Positions 29,473-38,564 of a stretch of 47,823 nt of DNA are shown here, in pieces. A program made the position numbers and the translations under genes. The stretch's first letter is position 1. Every line of letters begins with the position of its first letter. The DNA comes from Bacteroidota bacterium (lineage in GTDB: Bacteria; Bacteroidota; Bacteroidia; Chitinophagales; CAIODY01). The DNA lies in NCBI GenBank assembly GCA_039796635.1, contig JBDKJJ010000103.1, positions 1 to 47,823 of the forward strand, given 5' to 3'. The notes beneath the pieces are model-generated. The model did not search any database. It had not been told where the DNA came from and saw only the letters and a program-made list of their open reading frames with translations.

Positions 29473-31404
29473 ATGATCAAGGAATTAGGACCAGAACAAC
29501 AACAGCCGTACAAAGATTTATTGATTTCGCATTATGCTCAATCAAGCCCAAAAATTATTGGTGCAGTTGAGAATAAAGCTGGTGTAGCAACATTTGCAGT
29601 TTCATTACGTGATGGACAATTCATTACCATTGCTGAAATTACCAAGCCTACAATACCTGTTACTGTGGATAGATTTGCAGAAGAATGGATTCAAGAACGC
29701 ATCAATCATTCATTGGGCGAAGCTGTAAAAACAGTTTTGAAAAAACGTGGTAAAGTAAATTACCAAGCTTTTGAAATGGATAATAGAGATGATAATAACA
29801 AAAGTATTCGTCGAATTCGTCCGTTCGGAACATTAGAATTTACTGCCATTTTACCTCATACTCAATTTAATTTTGAATACTATCGTGACGAAGTAAATCA
29901 ATTGGTTGATATTATTCCTACTGTAAAAACTGATTTCAAAAAATATATTCAGAAAATTCAGGCATTACAAAATTCACTTAAAGAAACTTTGGTTGACCCT
30001 GATAAAAAACGTGAATTATTTGAAAAATTGCAAGAATGCTATGCTAATATTGAAAAGCAAAGCGCTGGCGAAAAAGAAGCATTTGAGAAAAATTGCGCTG
30101 CCAATTTTGAAGAATTAAAAGCTAAAGCGGTTAGTATAGCTGCATCAATAAAAGATGCTACACAATTTAAAGAAATAAGAGAAGCTTTAGGTCAACTGCA
30201 AACTGCTTTACGTGATAAAGAATTAAAACGTGAGCAACGCAATGAAATTTTTGAACAAGTTCATGCTTGTTATGCTGAATTAGATAAGAAAAGAGAAGAA
30301 GAACAAGAAGAATATGAAAAAACTACAGCCGCTAATTTTGAAGTTATCACTAAAAAAATAGAAGCTGAAAAAGAAATTGTCCGTCAAACTACTGATGTAC
30401 AAGCAACTCGTGAAGTATTAAAAAAATTGCAAAGCGAAAGTTGGGAATTGAGAATCAAACGAGAAAACAGACAAACTATTCATGATACATTTAATGAATT
30501 GTTTGAAATGTTGAATCAGCGTTATGATGAATTGAAGTTTCAGTATGAAAGCGAAAGCAATGCTAATAAAGATGAATTGGCTTTAAGAGTGGAAGAAGTT
30601 GAAAAATTTGTAGCCTCATCTACTGATTTAAAAGCTACAAAAGAGCAATTGAAAGCTATGCAAAAGCAATTGCAAGATATGCGCTTAACGCCTAATCATC
30701 GTCAGGAATTATGGAATTTAATAGATAAAGCTTTTAAAGAAGTAAACAAAAAAATTGATGAAACTTTTGGTGAAGAAAAACGAATTGGCGAAGAAAATTA
30801 CAATAGATTAAAGCCTGAATTAATTGCTACGATTGAAGAAGTGAAGAAAACAGAAATGTTTAAAGAAGCTCGTGAGAAAATGAAAAATGCTGTGGATAAG
30901 GTGAAAGATAAAAACTTGAAACTTTTGCCACGTCAGCGTCAGGAGCTTTGGAAAATGATGGAAGATGCTTACAATGAATTAAACGAACGTGCTGATAAAT
31001 TTTTTGCCGGCAGAAAATTAGAACGTGAACAAAAAGATAAAGATTGGTCAAAACGTCAAGAAGATCGTTTGTTTAAAATGGAAAAATTAATCAAACATTT
31101 ACAACAAGAAGATTTAGATGACAAAGGTTATATATCTAAAATGCAAGATTGGTTAGGAACAGTAAGAGACAATGCTGCTACGAAAGAATTTCGCCAAACC
31201 ATTTTAGATAAAATTAAAGCAGCGGAAGATAAAATGAACGAACGTAAAACTCGTGTTACTGATATTAAAAATGATATGAAAGATGTTCGTCAGAAATTAC
31301 GTGAATTTGATGAACGCAAAAAGCAAGATGCTGAAGCTGCTAAAAAAGCAAAGGAAGAAAAACCAGCTGCTGAATCAACCGCAGCGCCTTCTGAAAATAA
31401 CTAA
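29473..31404 (+). CDS. DUF349-repeat coiled-coil protein
   Basis: 643 aa, highly charged. It has at least 5 helical repeats of the type R(E/Q)xR(N/Q)E(I/L)(F/W)...(Y/F)xE(L/V)(N/D)(K/E)(K/R), typical of DUF349. Confidence 0.7.
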   Translation: MIKELGPEQQQPYKDLLISHYAQSSPKIIGAVENKAGVATFAVSLRDGQFITIAEITKPTIPVTVDRFAEEWIQERINHSLGEAVKTVLKKRGKVNYQAFEMDNRDDNNKSIRRIRPFGTLEFTAILPHTQFNFEYYRDEVNQLVDIIPTVKTDFKKYIQKIQALQNSLKETLVDPDKKRELFEKLQECYANIEKQSAGEKEAFEKNCAANFEELKAKAVSIAASIKDATQFKEIREALGQLQTALRDKELKREQRNEIFEQVHACYAELDKKREEEQEEYEKTTAANFEVITKKIEAEKEIVRQTTDVQATREVLKKLQSESWELRIKRENRQTIHDTFNELFEMLNQRYDELKFQYESESNANKDELALRVEEVEKFVASSTDLKATKEQLKAMQKQLQDMRLTPNHRQELWNLIDKAFKEVNKKIDETFGEEKRIGEENYNRLKPELIATIEEVKKTEMFKEAREKMKNAVDKVKDKNLKLLPRQRQELWKMMEDAYNELNERADKFFAGRKLEREQKDKDWSKRQEDRLFKMEKLIKHLQQEDLDDKGYISKMQDWLGTVRDNAATKEFRQTILDKIKAAEDKMNERKTRVTDIKNDMKDVRQKLREFDERKKQDAEAAKKAKEEKPAAESTAAPSENN

Positions 31405-31423
31405 CCTACATTCACCCTATATA

Positions 31424-31463
31424 AAAAGCCGAATCAATTTTTTTGATTCGGCTTCTTTGTTTT
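31424..31463 (+). terminator. Rho-independent terminator
   Basis: Stem AAGCCGAATCA / TGATTCGGCTT followed by a T-rich tract. Confidence 0.6.
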
Positions 31464-31664
31464 AATTGTTAGTTTTATCAATTCTTTTATGTTTACTAAA
31501 AACTATGTAATCAGAGATTGATTTAAGCTAACGCACAGTCAGATACTACGTTTGAAAGGGATGTTTAAGTTTATGCTTGCAAGCATAAATCCAATTATTA
31601 CAAAAATTATCAAACTATATTTTATCGCTTTATTTTCATTTCTCAGAATAAGTTTGGCGAACCT

Positions 31665-31958
31665 TTAAGGTTTATTAACCAAAACAAAAAGTAAACTTAA
31701 AAAGAAAATAACATAACAGAAATATAAGAAGTATGCCAACCCATTTATTGTGGATATTTCACTAGTATTAAGTTCGTTTTTTATTATTTTTAAATTTAAA
31801 GGGAGAATACGATTGTATATTGATGAATCTATCCAAAAACTAAAAAGACTTTGAGTTTTCTCACCATCACATTTTTTTCTAAAATTATCTAATAGCCAAC
31901 CCCTATAAAGTGATACAACTCCTATTAAACAACAAGAAATAATTAATAGTTCATTCAT
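31665..31958 (-). CDS. Hypothetical small membrane protein
   Basis: 97 aa from the first ATG (MNELLIISCC...). Two hydrophobic segments and no family recognised. It lies immediately downstream of metG. Confidence 0.4.
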   Translation of the reverse strand: MNELLIISCCLIGVVSLYRGWLLDNFRKKCDGEKTQSLFSFWIDSSIYNRILPLNLKIIKNELNTSEISTINGLAYFLYFCYVIFFLSLLFVLVNKP

Positions 31959-31972
31959 CAAAAAATCATTTA

Positions 31973-34087
31973 TCAACTTATCAAACTTCCATTTGCTGTT
32001 GTCGTATTCGGCATCATAAATTTCAATTTACCATCAGCATCTTCAGCCATTAAAATCATACCTTGGCTTTCGATGCCTTTCATTTTTCGTGGTGCTAAAT
32101 TGCAAAGCAATGTTACTTGTTGTCCAATAATTTCTTCAGGCTGAAAGTGTTGTGCAATGCCACTTACAACAGTTCTTATTTCACTTCCAATATCAACTGT
32201 GAGTTTTAACAATTTATCAGCTTTGGCAACTTTTTCAGCAGCAGTAATAGTACCTACACGTAAATCTAATTTTGCAAAATCATCAAACTCAATTGTTGAT
32301 TTGATGATTGGTTGATTTGTTGATTGAGGAGAAGTTGCCACTGAAATATTTTGTGATTTAGAATTTTGCAATTTAGTAATCTGTAATTGAATTTCCTCGT
32401 CTTCAATTTTTCTAAACAACAATACAGGATTGTTAATGGTATAACCCACACTCAGCAAGTCCATTCTGCTTGCATTTTCCCACATTAAAAGTTCGTTGGC
32501 TTTTTTAGTGATATTGAAGTGCATCAATATTTTCTTCGCCGTAAATGGCATAAATGGATACATCAAAATTGCCAAATTCGCTGACAACTGTAAGCAGTGA
32601 TGCAAGCAATTTTCTACACGATATTTATTTTGTAATTGTTCAAAATCATTTTCACCTACATACACATCGCCTTTTGCTTTTTTCCAAGGCTCTTGTTCTG
32701 TCAAATATTTATTGCCTAATCGAGCAGCATTCATCATTTCAGCCAATGCTTCTCTCAAACGATATTGACTTATAGATTCTTCCATACGTTTTTTAATCGC
32801 ATCAAATTCTAACCACAAATTCTTTTCAGATTCGGTGGCTAAATCATCATGACGTTTTGGAATTTTACTGCCGCAAAATTTTTGCGACAACACAATTGTT
32901 CTGTTAAAGAAATTACCCAAAACGGCGACTAACTCACTATTGCAGCGGTCTTGAAAATCTTTCCAAGTGAAATCATTGTCTTTAGTTTCTGGTGCATTTG
33001 CCGCCAACACATAACGCAACACATCTTGTTGCTCAGGAAATTCTTCTAAATATTCATGCAACCAAACAGCCCAATTTCGTGAAGTAGAAATTTTATCGCC
33101 TTCCAAATTTAAAAATTCATTCGCAGGTACATTCTCCGGCAACACGTAATCACCGTGCATTTTAAGCATGGTTGGGAAAATGATGCAATGAAAAACTATA
33201 TTGTCTTTTCCTAAAAAATGAATGAGTTTGGTTTCTTTATCACACCAAAATTTTTTCCAATCAGGTGTTACTTCTTTGGTTGCAGAAATGTAGCCAATCG
33301 GTGCATCAAACCACACATACAATACTTTTCCTTTGGCATCAGGTAATGGGACAGGAACGCCCCAATCCAAATCACGAGTTACGGCACGTGGCTGCAAACC
33401 GCCGTCAATCCAGCTTTTGCATTGTCCATATACATTCGTTTTCCAATCGTTTTTATGTCCTTCCAGAATCCATTCACGAAGCCAGCCTTCATATTTATCT
33501 AATGGAATATACCAATGTTTTGTTTCTTTCATTACCAATGGTTTGGATGAAATAGTGCTGTGTGGATTGATTAAATCTCGTGGGTTTAAAGTGCTACCAC
33601 ATTTTTCGCATTGGTCGCCGTAAGCCCTATCGTTGCCGCATTTCGGACATGTGCCCATGATGTATCTATCTGCTAAAAACTGCTGATTTTCTTCGTCAAA
33701 AAATTGTTCTTCTGTTTTTTCTTCAAACAAATTTTTGTTGTGCAAATCCAAGAAAAAATCGGTTGCAGTTTCTTTATGAACTTCCGAAGTTGTTCTTGAA
33801 AAATTATCAAATGAAATTCCGAATTTGTAAAGTGCTTTATCAATAATTTCATGATACTTATCTGCCACAGCTTGTGGCGTAGTATTTTCTTTTTTTGCAG
33901 CAATCGTAATTGGCACACCATGTTCGTCGGTGCCACAAATAAAGAGCACCTCATGCCCTTGCATTCTGCGGAATCGAGCATAAATATCGGCAGGCAAATG
34001 GCAGCCAGCTAAATGACCAATATGAATAGGGCCGTTGGCATAAGGCAAAGCGGCTGTAATTAAATAGCGTTGAGGATTGTTCGACAT
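31973..34087 (-). CDS. metG: Methionine--tRNA ligase (with C-terminal tRNA-binding/EMAP-like domain)
   Basis: HIGH motif ([11 protein letters not shown]), zinc knuckle CPKCG...CEKCG, KMSKS variant KISTS, and a C-terminal FAKLDLRVG...ESQGMIL domain. Confidence 0.95.
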   Translation of the reverse strand: MSNNPQRYLITAALPYANGPIHIGHLAGCHLPADIYARFRRMQGHEVLFICGTDEHGVPITIAAKKENTTPQAVADKYHEIIDKALYKFGISFDNFSRTTSEVHKETATDFFLDLHNKNLFEEKTEEQFFDEENQQFLADRYIMGTCPKCGNDRAYGDQCEKCGSTLNPRDLINPHSTISSKPLVMKETKHWYIPLDKYEGWLREWILEGHKNDWKTNVYGQCKSWIDGGLQPRAVTRDLDWGVPVPLPDAKGKVLYVWFDAPIGYISATKEVTPDWKKFWCDKETKLIHFLGKDNIVFHCIIFPTMLKMHGDYVLPENVPANEFLNLEGDKISTSRNWAVWLHEYLEEFPEQQDVLRYVLAANAPETKDNDFTWKDFQDRCNSELVAVLGNFFNRTIVLSQKFCGSKIPKRHDDLATESEKNLWLEFDAIKKRMEESISQYRLREALAEMMNAARLGNKYLTEQEPWKKAKGDVYVGENDFEQLQNKYRVENCLHHCLQLSANLAILMYPFMPFTAKKILMHFNITKKANELLMWENASRMDLLSVGYTINNPVLLFRKIEDEEIQLQITKLQNSKSQNISVATSPQSTNQPIIKSTIEFDDFAKLDLRVGTITAAEKVAKADKLLKLTVDIGSEIRTVVSGIAQHFQPEEIIGQQVTLLCNLAPRKMKGIESQGMILMAEDADGKLKFMMPNTTTANGSLIS

Positions 34088-34165
34088 ATAATAATTTGAA
34101 ATGCAAAAGTAATAAAATGAAAAAATAAAACTCGACTAATAAGTTGCAAATCAAAATTATTATTC

Positions 34166-34173
34166 TACATTTG
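34166..34173 (+). promoter_or_regulatory. -7 promoter box (TACATTTG) for tRNA-fMet
   Basis: Exact TAnnTTTG, 11 nt upstream of tRNA position 1. The 12-mer TACATTTGCAGC is identical to the SRP RNA promoter. Confidence 0.55.
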
Positions 34174-34184
34174 CAGCCCAATAT

Positions 34185-34256
<72 letters not shown>

Positions 34257-34264
34257 CTAGCGAA

Positions 34265-34297
34265 AGAGAAAATCAAAAAAATGATTTTCTCTTTTTT
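34265..34297 (+). terminator. Hairpin plus T-run directly after the tRNA (terminator-like), ending 5 nt before the GIY-YIG ATG
   Basis: Stem AGAGAAAATCA / TGATTTTCTCT (11 bp), A6 loop, then TTTTT. Confidence 0.55.
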
Positions 34298-34302
34298 GTT
34301 TC

Positions 34303-34560
34303 ATGGAGTTTGTAGTTTATATACTTTATTCAGAAAAATTCAATAAAACGTATGTTGGTTTTACTTCTAATTTAATTGGAAGAATAAAATCACATAATGA
34401 ATTAGGTAATGGTTGGACAAAATCATTCAGACCATGGAAATTGGTATATACGGAAATGTTTAATAATAAAAATGATGCTATGAGCAGGGAAAAATATTTC
34501 AAAACTGGTATTGGCAGAATTGAAAAAGATAAAATTATCCAACAATTTTTTATTACTTAG
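34303..34560 (+). CDS. Stand-alone GIY-YIG nuclease domain protein (85 aa)
   Basis: VYILYS...YVGFTSNL..R...HN...........W.LVY.E.F.....A..RE..FK contains the GIY / YIG elements and the conserved Arg and Glu of the URI/GIY-YIG fold. Confidence 0.85.
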   Translation: MEFVVYILYSEKFNKTYVGFTSNLIGRIKSHNELGNGWTKSFRPWKLVYTEMFNNKNDAMSREKYFKTGIGRIEKDKIIQQFFIT

Positions 34561-34612
34561 TCGGGCTCATATCCGCCAAAGGCGGACAGTGGTTCGAGTC
34601 CACTCTCCGCTA
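34560..34612 (+). repeat. Partial duplicate of the tRNA-fMet 3' portion (anticodon-stem/loop block plus T-arm/acceptor block)
   Basis: GTCGGGCTCATA (34560-34571) equals 34209-34220. CAGTGGTTCGAGTCCACTCTCCGCTA (34587-34612) equals 34231-34256. The 10-nt ACCCGAAGGT between the blocks is replaced by the self-complementary TCCGCCAAAGGCGGA. Confidence 0.85.
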
Positions 34613-34617
34613 CAGAA

Positions 34618-34660
34618 GCGGCAACATCATAATTATCATTGATGTTGCCGCTATTTTTTT
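34618..34660 (+). terminator. Strong Rho-independent terminator
   Basis: 12-bp stem GCGGCAACATCA / TGATGTTGCCGC followed by TATTTTTTT. Confidence 0.75.
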
Positions 34661-34786
34661 GCGCTGAAATCTGCTTCAGTTGGGCGAAGAATAAATTAAC
34701 TTTTTTGGTTCGATATTTCTTTTGGCTGGTGCTGTAATTCCTTTCAATTTGAAATAATTCCTCTATAGTTTTCAGTGAATTGCCAC

Positions 34787-35156
34787 CTATTCCAAATTCG
34801 TCTCTCGTTTGCTCGGCTCTTCGTTGTTCAAAAAAGCAAACAATCGAAGAACCGAATACTCGAATAAGGAATAGCGAATGAATAATTTCTTCACCACTTT
34901 GCTGGTATAAATGCTAGTGGAAGTTTGCACTTTCTATTCCAGATTCGTCTCTCGTTTGCTCGGCTCTTCGTTGTTCAAAAAAGCAAACAATCGAAGAACC
35001 GAATACTCGTATAATGAATGGCTAATGAATTATTCCTTTACCACTTTGTTGCGGCAAATGCTTGTTGAAGTATTTCTTTCTAGTTCCAAATTCGTCACTC
35101 TGATGCTCGGCTCTTCGTTGTTCAAAAAAGCAAACAATCGAAGAACCGAATAGCTT
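34787..35156. repeat. Tandem repeat, 147-bp period, about 2.5 copies, each with an identical 48-nt hairpin-forming core
   Basis: Unit starts are at 34790, 34937 and 35084. The core GCTCGGCTCTTCGTTGTTCAAAAAAGCAAACAATCGAAGAACCGAATA is identical at 34811-34858, 34958-35005 and 35105-35152. Inter-core segments are diverged but alignable. Confidence 0.85.
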
Positions 35157-35169
35157 CTTGTTTTAATTA

Positions 35170-36909
35170 TCAATTCCCCATCAACTCCTTAATATACTTC
35201 ACAGGCGCACTGCCATAACTTAAAAATTGCTCGTGGAATTTTTTCAAATCAAATTTGTCGCCCAACTTTTTCTTTTGTGCTTCACGGAATTCATAAATTT
35301 CGGTAAAGCCTGTAAAGTAGCAACAGAGTTGCACTTGCGTCACCGAAACTCTGCGCCATTTACCTTCTGCTTCTGCTTTTTGTTGGAAGGCTTCCTCCAT
35401 CAATAAGTGCATTGCTTCTTCTTTGCTCATGTATCGTGAGTGAACAGAATTATCCAAAATCGTGTTGCAAGTGCTGCGCAAATTCCATTTGTAATACATC
35501 AACCACATTTCAGGTTCGTTGTTGCCATAACCATTTTCCAACATCATGCGTTCGCCATACACCGCCCAACCTTCAATCATCGCATTGTTGCCAAACAGTG
35601 ATTTGATAATGCTTGGCGACTGATTGCTATACACCAATTGTGTGTAATGACCAGGAATTGCTTCGTGAATGTTGAGGATTTGCAAAATGTATTTATTGTA
35701 TTCACGTAAATAACTTTCTGCTTTTTCTTTTGAATAATTTGCTAGCGTTCCCACATTGTAATAAGTGTTTCCGTTTTTATCATACGGACCAGGCGCAGAA
35801 ATAGAAGCACCTGCAACACCAGCCATGTAAGCAGGTTCACGACGAACTACCAAAGGTTTTTTCGGGTCAATGTAAATCAAATTTTTATCGCTGATGAATT
35901 TTACTAACTCCGGTAATTGATGTTCAATTGTAGTTTGAAACGAATCGGGTTGCGTATGTGTCAAAGAAATTTTATCAATCACCTGGCGAATGAGTTGCAA
36001 AGAATCCTTTGGTTTCGAGGCGTTCATCATGTATTTGCTCCACAATTGATTGGCTAACTCATACATTTTTCCGTGCAATTCTTTTTTGTGTTCAATGGCT
36101 TTTTGATAGATTTCATCCGCCGAATAGGCGGATTGAATATCGAAATCAAATTTCTTAGCATACAAATCTTTTCCTAATCTGAAACTTCTTGGAGTTTTAT
36201 TGTCCAACTTTTTCAAAAACTCAACATAGTCTTTCACCGTTATAGCTGCTGCTTTTGAAGCATCAGTCATCAATTGTTTTTGTGCATCGCTAACATTTAT
36301 TTTTTTCAATGAATCAATAAAATCATTTTCAAAAACACTTACGCCGCCTAAGTTTTGGTCAATCGCTAATTGTGTATGTTCTATAGTTGGATTTTTGATG
36401 TTCGCTTTTGCCGCTTCATAATAAGTTGTTATGTTTTTCATTTTCAAATACAAATCATTCATGCGCTGATTCAATGGCGCATAATTGCCTGCTAACAATT
36501 CACTGAAACTGCCGCAAACATTGTATTCGGAAGGATTCCATTCCCACGATTTCATTTCGTTGATACTCCAAATAGTTGATTCCATTTGGTTTTTAATCAT
36601 GTAATAATCAATTTTATCATTCGATGAAAGTGTATTCAAATCAAACTGTTTCAAAGAATCTAATTGTGCTTTAGCAAATGCAATTTCTTGTTGATGCTCT
36701 GCTTCATTTGGAACAATCAATACTGAATCATATTTATGATAACCCTGACTGGAAGCCCAACTCGGATATACTTTCCAAAGATTTTCAACAAAACGATTTT
36801 TGTAAATGTCAAACCTTGCATCTTGACTAGATGAAACAGAAGTTGAATTGTTGTTGCAAGAAATAAATGCAACTAGAAGAACAGAAATTGAAATTATTTT
36901 TTTCATCAA
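35170..36909 (-). CDS. DUF885-family protein (putative secreted metallopeptidase-like lipoprotein)
   Basis: Signal peptide/lipobox (LVAFISC), the HEAIPGHY motif, and a 579-aa length typical of DUF885. Confidence 0.8.
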   Translation of the reverse strand: MMKKIISISVLLVAFISCNNNSTSVSSSQDARFDIYKNRFVENLWKVYPSWASSQGYHKYDSVLIVPNEAEHQQEIAFAKAQLDSLKQFDLNTLSSNDKIDYYMIKNQMESTIWSINEMKSWEWNPSEYNVCGSFSELLAGNYAPLNQRMNDLYLKMKNITTYYEAAKANIKNPTIEHTQLAIDQNLGGVSVFENDFIDSLKKINVSDAQKQLMTDASKAAAITVKDYVEFLKKLDNKTPRSFRLGKDLYAKKFDFDIQSAYSADEIYQKAIEHKKELHGKMYELANQLWSKYMMNASKPKDSLQLIRQVIDKISLTHTQPDSFQTTIEHQLPELVKFISDKNLIYIDPKKPLVVRREPAYMAGVAGASISAPGPYDKNGNTYYNVGTLANYSKEKAESYLREYNKYILQILNIHEAIPGHYTQLVYSNQSPSIIKSLFGNNAMIEGWAVYGERMMLENGYGNNEPEMWLMYYKWNLRSTCNTILDNSVHSRYMSKEEAMHLLMEEAFQQKAEAEGKWRRVSVTQVQLCCYFTGFTEIYEFREAQKKKLGDKFDLKKFHEQFLSYGSAPVKYIKELMGN

Positions 36910-37085
36910 TTAAAATTTTATGAGAAGTAAAAATACAATTTTGAAGCAAGCTTTACCATTTCTATCAAAAATTCTGTTTAACTCTTTTCCTGCCCAAATA
37001 TGTTTGTTTTAAACAAAATTAGTTTGTTTAGTATTTATATGTAAAAAGTTAAACAAAATATTTCTTAGCACGTTACACTTGCATC

Positions 37086-38561
37086 GTGCAAAAAGTAATA
37101 ATCATCGGTTCGGGTTTTTCATCTATGGCAGCTGCGGCGTTTCTTTCAAAGGCAGGAATGGATGTAACCGTGTTGGAAAAAAACAGCATGGAAGGCGGTA
37201 GAGCTCAAATTTATCAAGCCGATGGTTTCACATTTGATATGGGACCAAGTTGGTATTGGATGCCTGATGTATTCGAGCGATTTTTTAATCAGTTTAATTA
37301 TTCTACAAAAGATTTTTACCAATTAAAGCGGCTGAATCCAAGCTATTCAGTTGTTTGGAATAAAAATGAAGAATGGAAAATTCCTTCTTCCTCAAAAGAG
37401 TTGGGCGAATTGTTAGAACAGTATGAAGTTGGGGCTTCAAAAAAACTACAAGAATTTTTAGCACAAGCGGCTATCAAATATCAAGTTGGTATGAATGATT
37501 TGGTGTTAAAGCCAGGCTTGAGTGTAAGTGAATTTTTTAATAAAGATTTTGCCAAAGGTTTATTGCAGCTAGATGTTTTTGCTTCCATGAAAAATCATGT
37601 AGCGAAGCATTTTAAAAACGAACGAATTCAGCAGTTGATGGAGTTTCCTGTTTTGTTTTTAGGAGCTGAAGCTGCCGATACACCTGCATTGTATAGCTTA
37701 ATGAATTATGCTGATATTGAATTAGGTACTTGGTATCCGATGGGTGGAATGTTTGAAATTGCGAAAGCCATGCGAAAAGTTGCTGAGGAAAATGGTGTGA
37801 AATTTTATTTCAATCAAGAAGTTATTAGTTTTGATTTTATTGGAAATAGAATTTCAAAAGTTAAAACTCAATCAGCTGAATACTTTACTGATACTGTTGT
37901 TTCGGGCGCTGACTATCATTTTACTGAAAAGTTATTGCCTGAAAATCTTAGAAATTATTCAGTAGAATATTGGAGCAAACGCAAAATGGCTCCATCATGT
38001 TTATTGTATTATGTTGGGTTGAATAAAAAATTGCCTGAATCAGTTTCACATCATACTTTATTTTTTGATGCAGACTTTCAACAACATTCCAATGAAATTT
38101 ATCGTCAGCCGAAAATGCCTACCAATCCTTTGTTTTACATGTGTTGTCCATCGAAAACAGATGAAAGTTTAGCGCCTAAAAATCACGAAAATTTATTCTT
38201 ATTAATACCAATTGCAACAGGTTTAGAAAATGATGATGAGGCAACCAGAGAAAAATATTTTCAGCAAATTCTAAAAAGAATCGAAGCAAATTATGGTGTA
38301 GATATAACACCAAACATTGTTCATAAGCGAAGTTTCAGTGTTCGTGATTTTAAAAGTGAGTACAATTCATTTAATGGAAATGCTTATGGCTTAGCAAATA
38401 CGCTTTTGCAAACAGCGATTTTAAAACCAAAAATAAAGTGTAAAAAAGTTAATAATCTCTACTTCACAGGTCAATTAACAGTTCCCGGACCTGGCGTTCC
38501 GCCTGCATTAATCAGTGGTGAAGTTGTAGCAAAATATATTTTAAAGAACTTAAAAAAATAA
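37086..38561 (+). CDS. crtI: Phytoene desaturase
   Basis: N-terminal FAD fold VIIIGSGFSSMAAAAFLSKAGMDVTVLEKN...GGRA and a C-terminal FTGQLTVPGPGVP motif. GTG start. Confidence 0.9.
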   Translation: MQKVIIIGSGFSSMAAAAFLSKAGMDVTVLEKNSMEGGRAQIYQADGFTFDMGPSWYWMPDVFERFFNQFNYSTKDFYQLKRLNPSYSVVWNKNEEWKIPSSSKELGELLEQYEVGASKKLQEFLAQAAIKYQVGMNDLVLKPGLSVSEFFNKDFAKGLLQLDVFASMKNHVAKHFKNERIQQLMEFPVLFLGAEAADTPALYSLMNYADIELGTWYPMGGMFEIAKAMRKVAEENGVKFYFNQEVISFDFIGNRISKVKTQSAEYFTDTVVSGADYHFTEKLLPENLRNYSVEYWSKRKMAPSCLLYYVGLNKKLPESVSHHTLFFDADFQQHSNEIYRQPKMPTNPLFYMCCPSKTDESLAPKNHENLFLLIPIATGLENDDEATREKYFQQILKRIEANYGVDITPNIVHKRSFSVRDFKSEYNSFNGNAYGLANTLLQTAILKPKIKCKKVNNLYFTGQLTVPGPGVPPALISGEVVAKYILKNLKK

Positions 38562-38564
38562 AAC

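Noticed and set aside
33265-34181. Several 60-100-aa ORFs on both strands within metG
   Set aside because: They overlap the well-supported metG reading frame and have no recognisable motifs. They are shadow ORFs. The same applies to small ORFs inside prs, pheT, comEC, the ABC genes, PBP1A, msrA, trmB and the 2OG oxygenase gene.
34560-34913. About 118-codon stop-free frame on the minus strand spanning the repeat, the terminator and the tRNA fragment
   Set aside because: It contains no ATG/GTG/TTG start. It reads through a 12-bp terminator stem and the tRNA-derived block. The translation has no recognisable domain. It is probably a chance open frame or at most an old gene remnant.
34911-35153. 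80-aa + strand ORF with a repeated LGSSLFKKANNRRTE peptide
   Set aside because: It lies entirely within the 147-bp tandem repeat, and the 49-codon period simply keeps the frame open. The first repeat copy has stops and no start in the same frame. Differences between copies in the conserved flank are mostly non-synonymous (R/K, S/T, R/L, L/M). This reads as non-coding repeat DNA.
34787-35156. CRISPR array
   Set aside because: The conserved part is 48-70 nt and the intervening segments are homologous to each other, not unique spacers. There are only about 2.5 units and no cas genes in the window.
37045-37056. 12-mer AAAGTTAAACAA shared between the crtI upstream region and the sigma/MerR intergenic region (41757-41768), as a possible CarH operator
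   Set aside because: In the 41.7-kb copy the motif is largely explained as the reverse complement of a TAACTTTG -7 box for the sigma gene. In AT-rich spacers one shared 12-mer that overlaps a generic promoter element is weak evidence for a specific operator.
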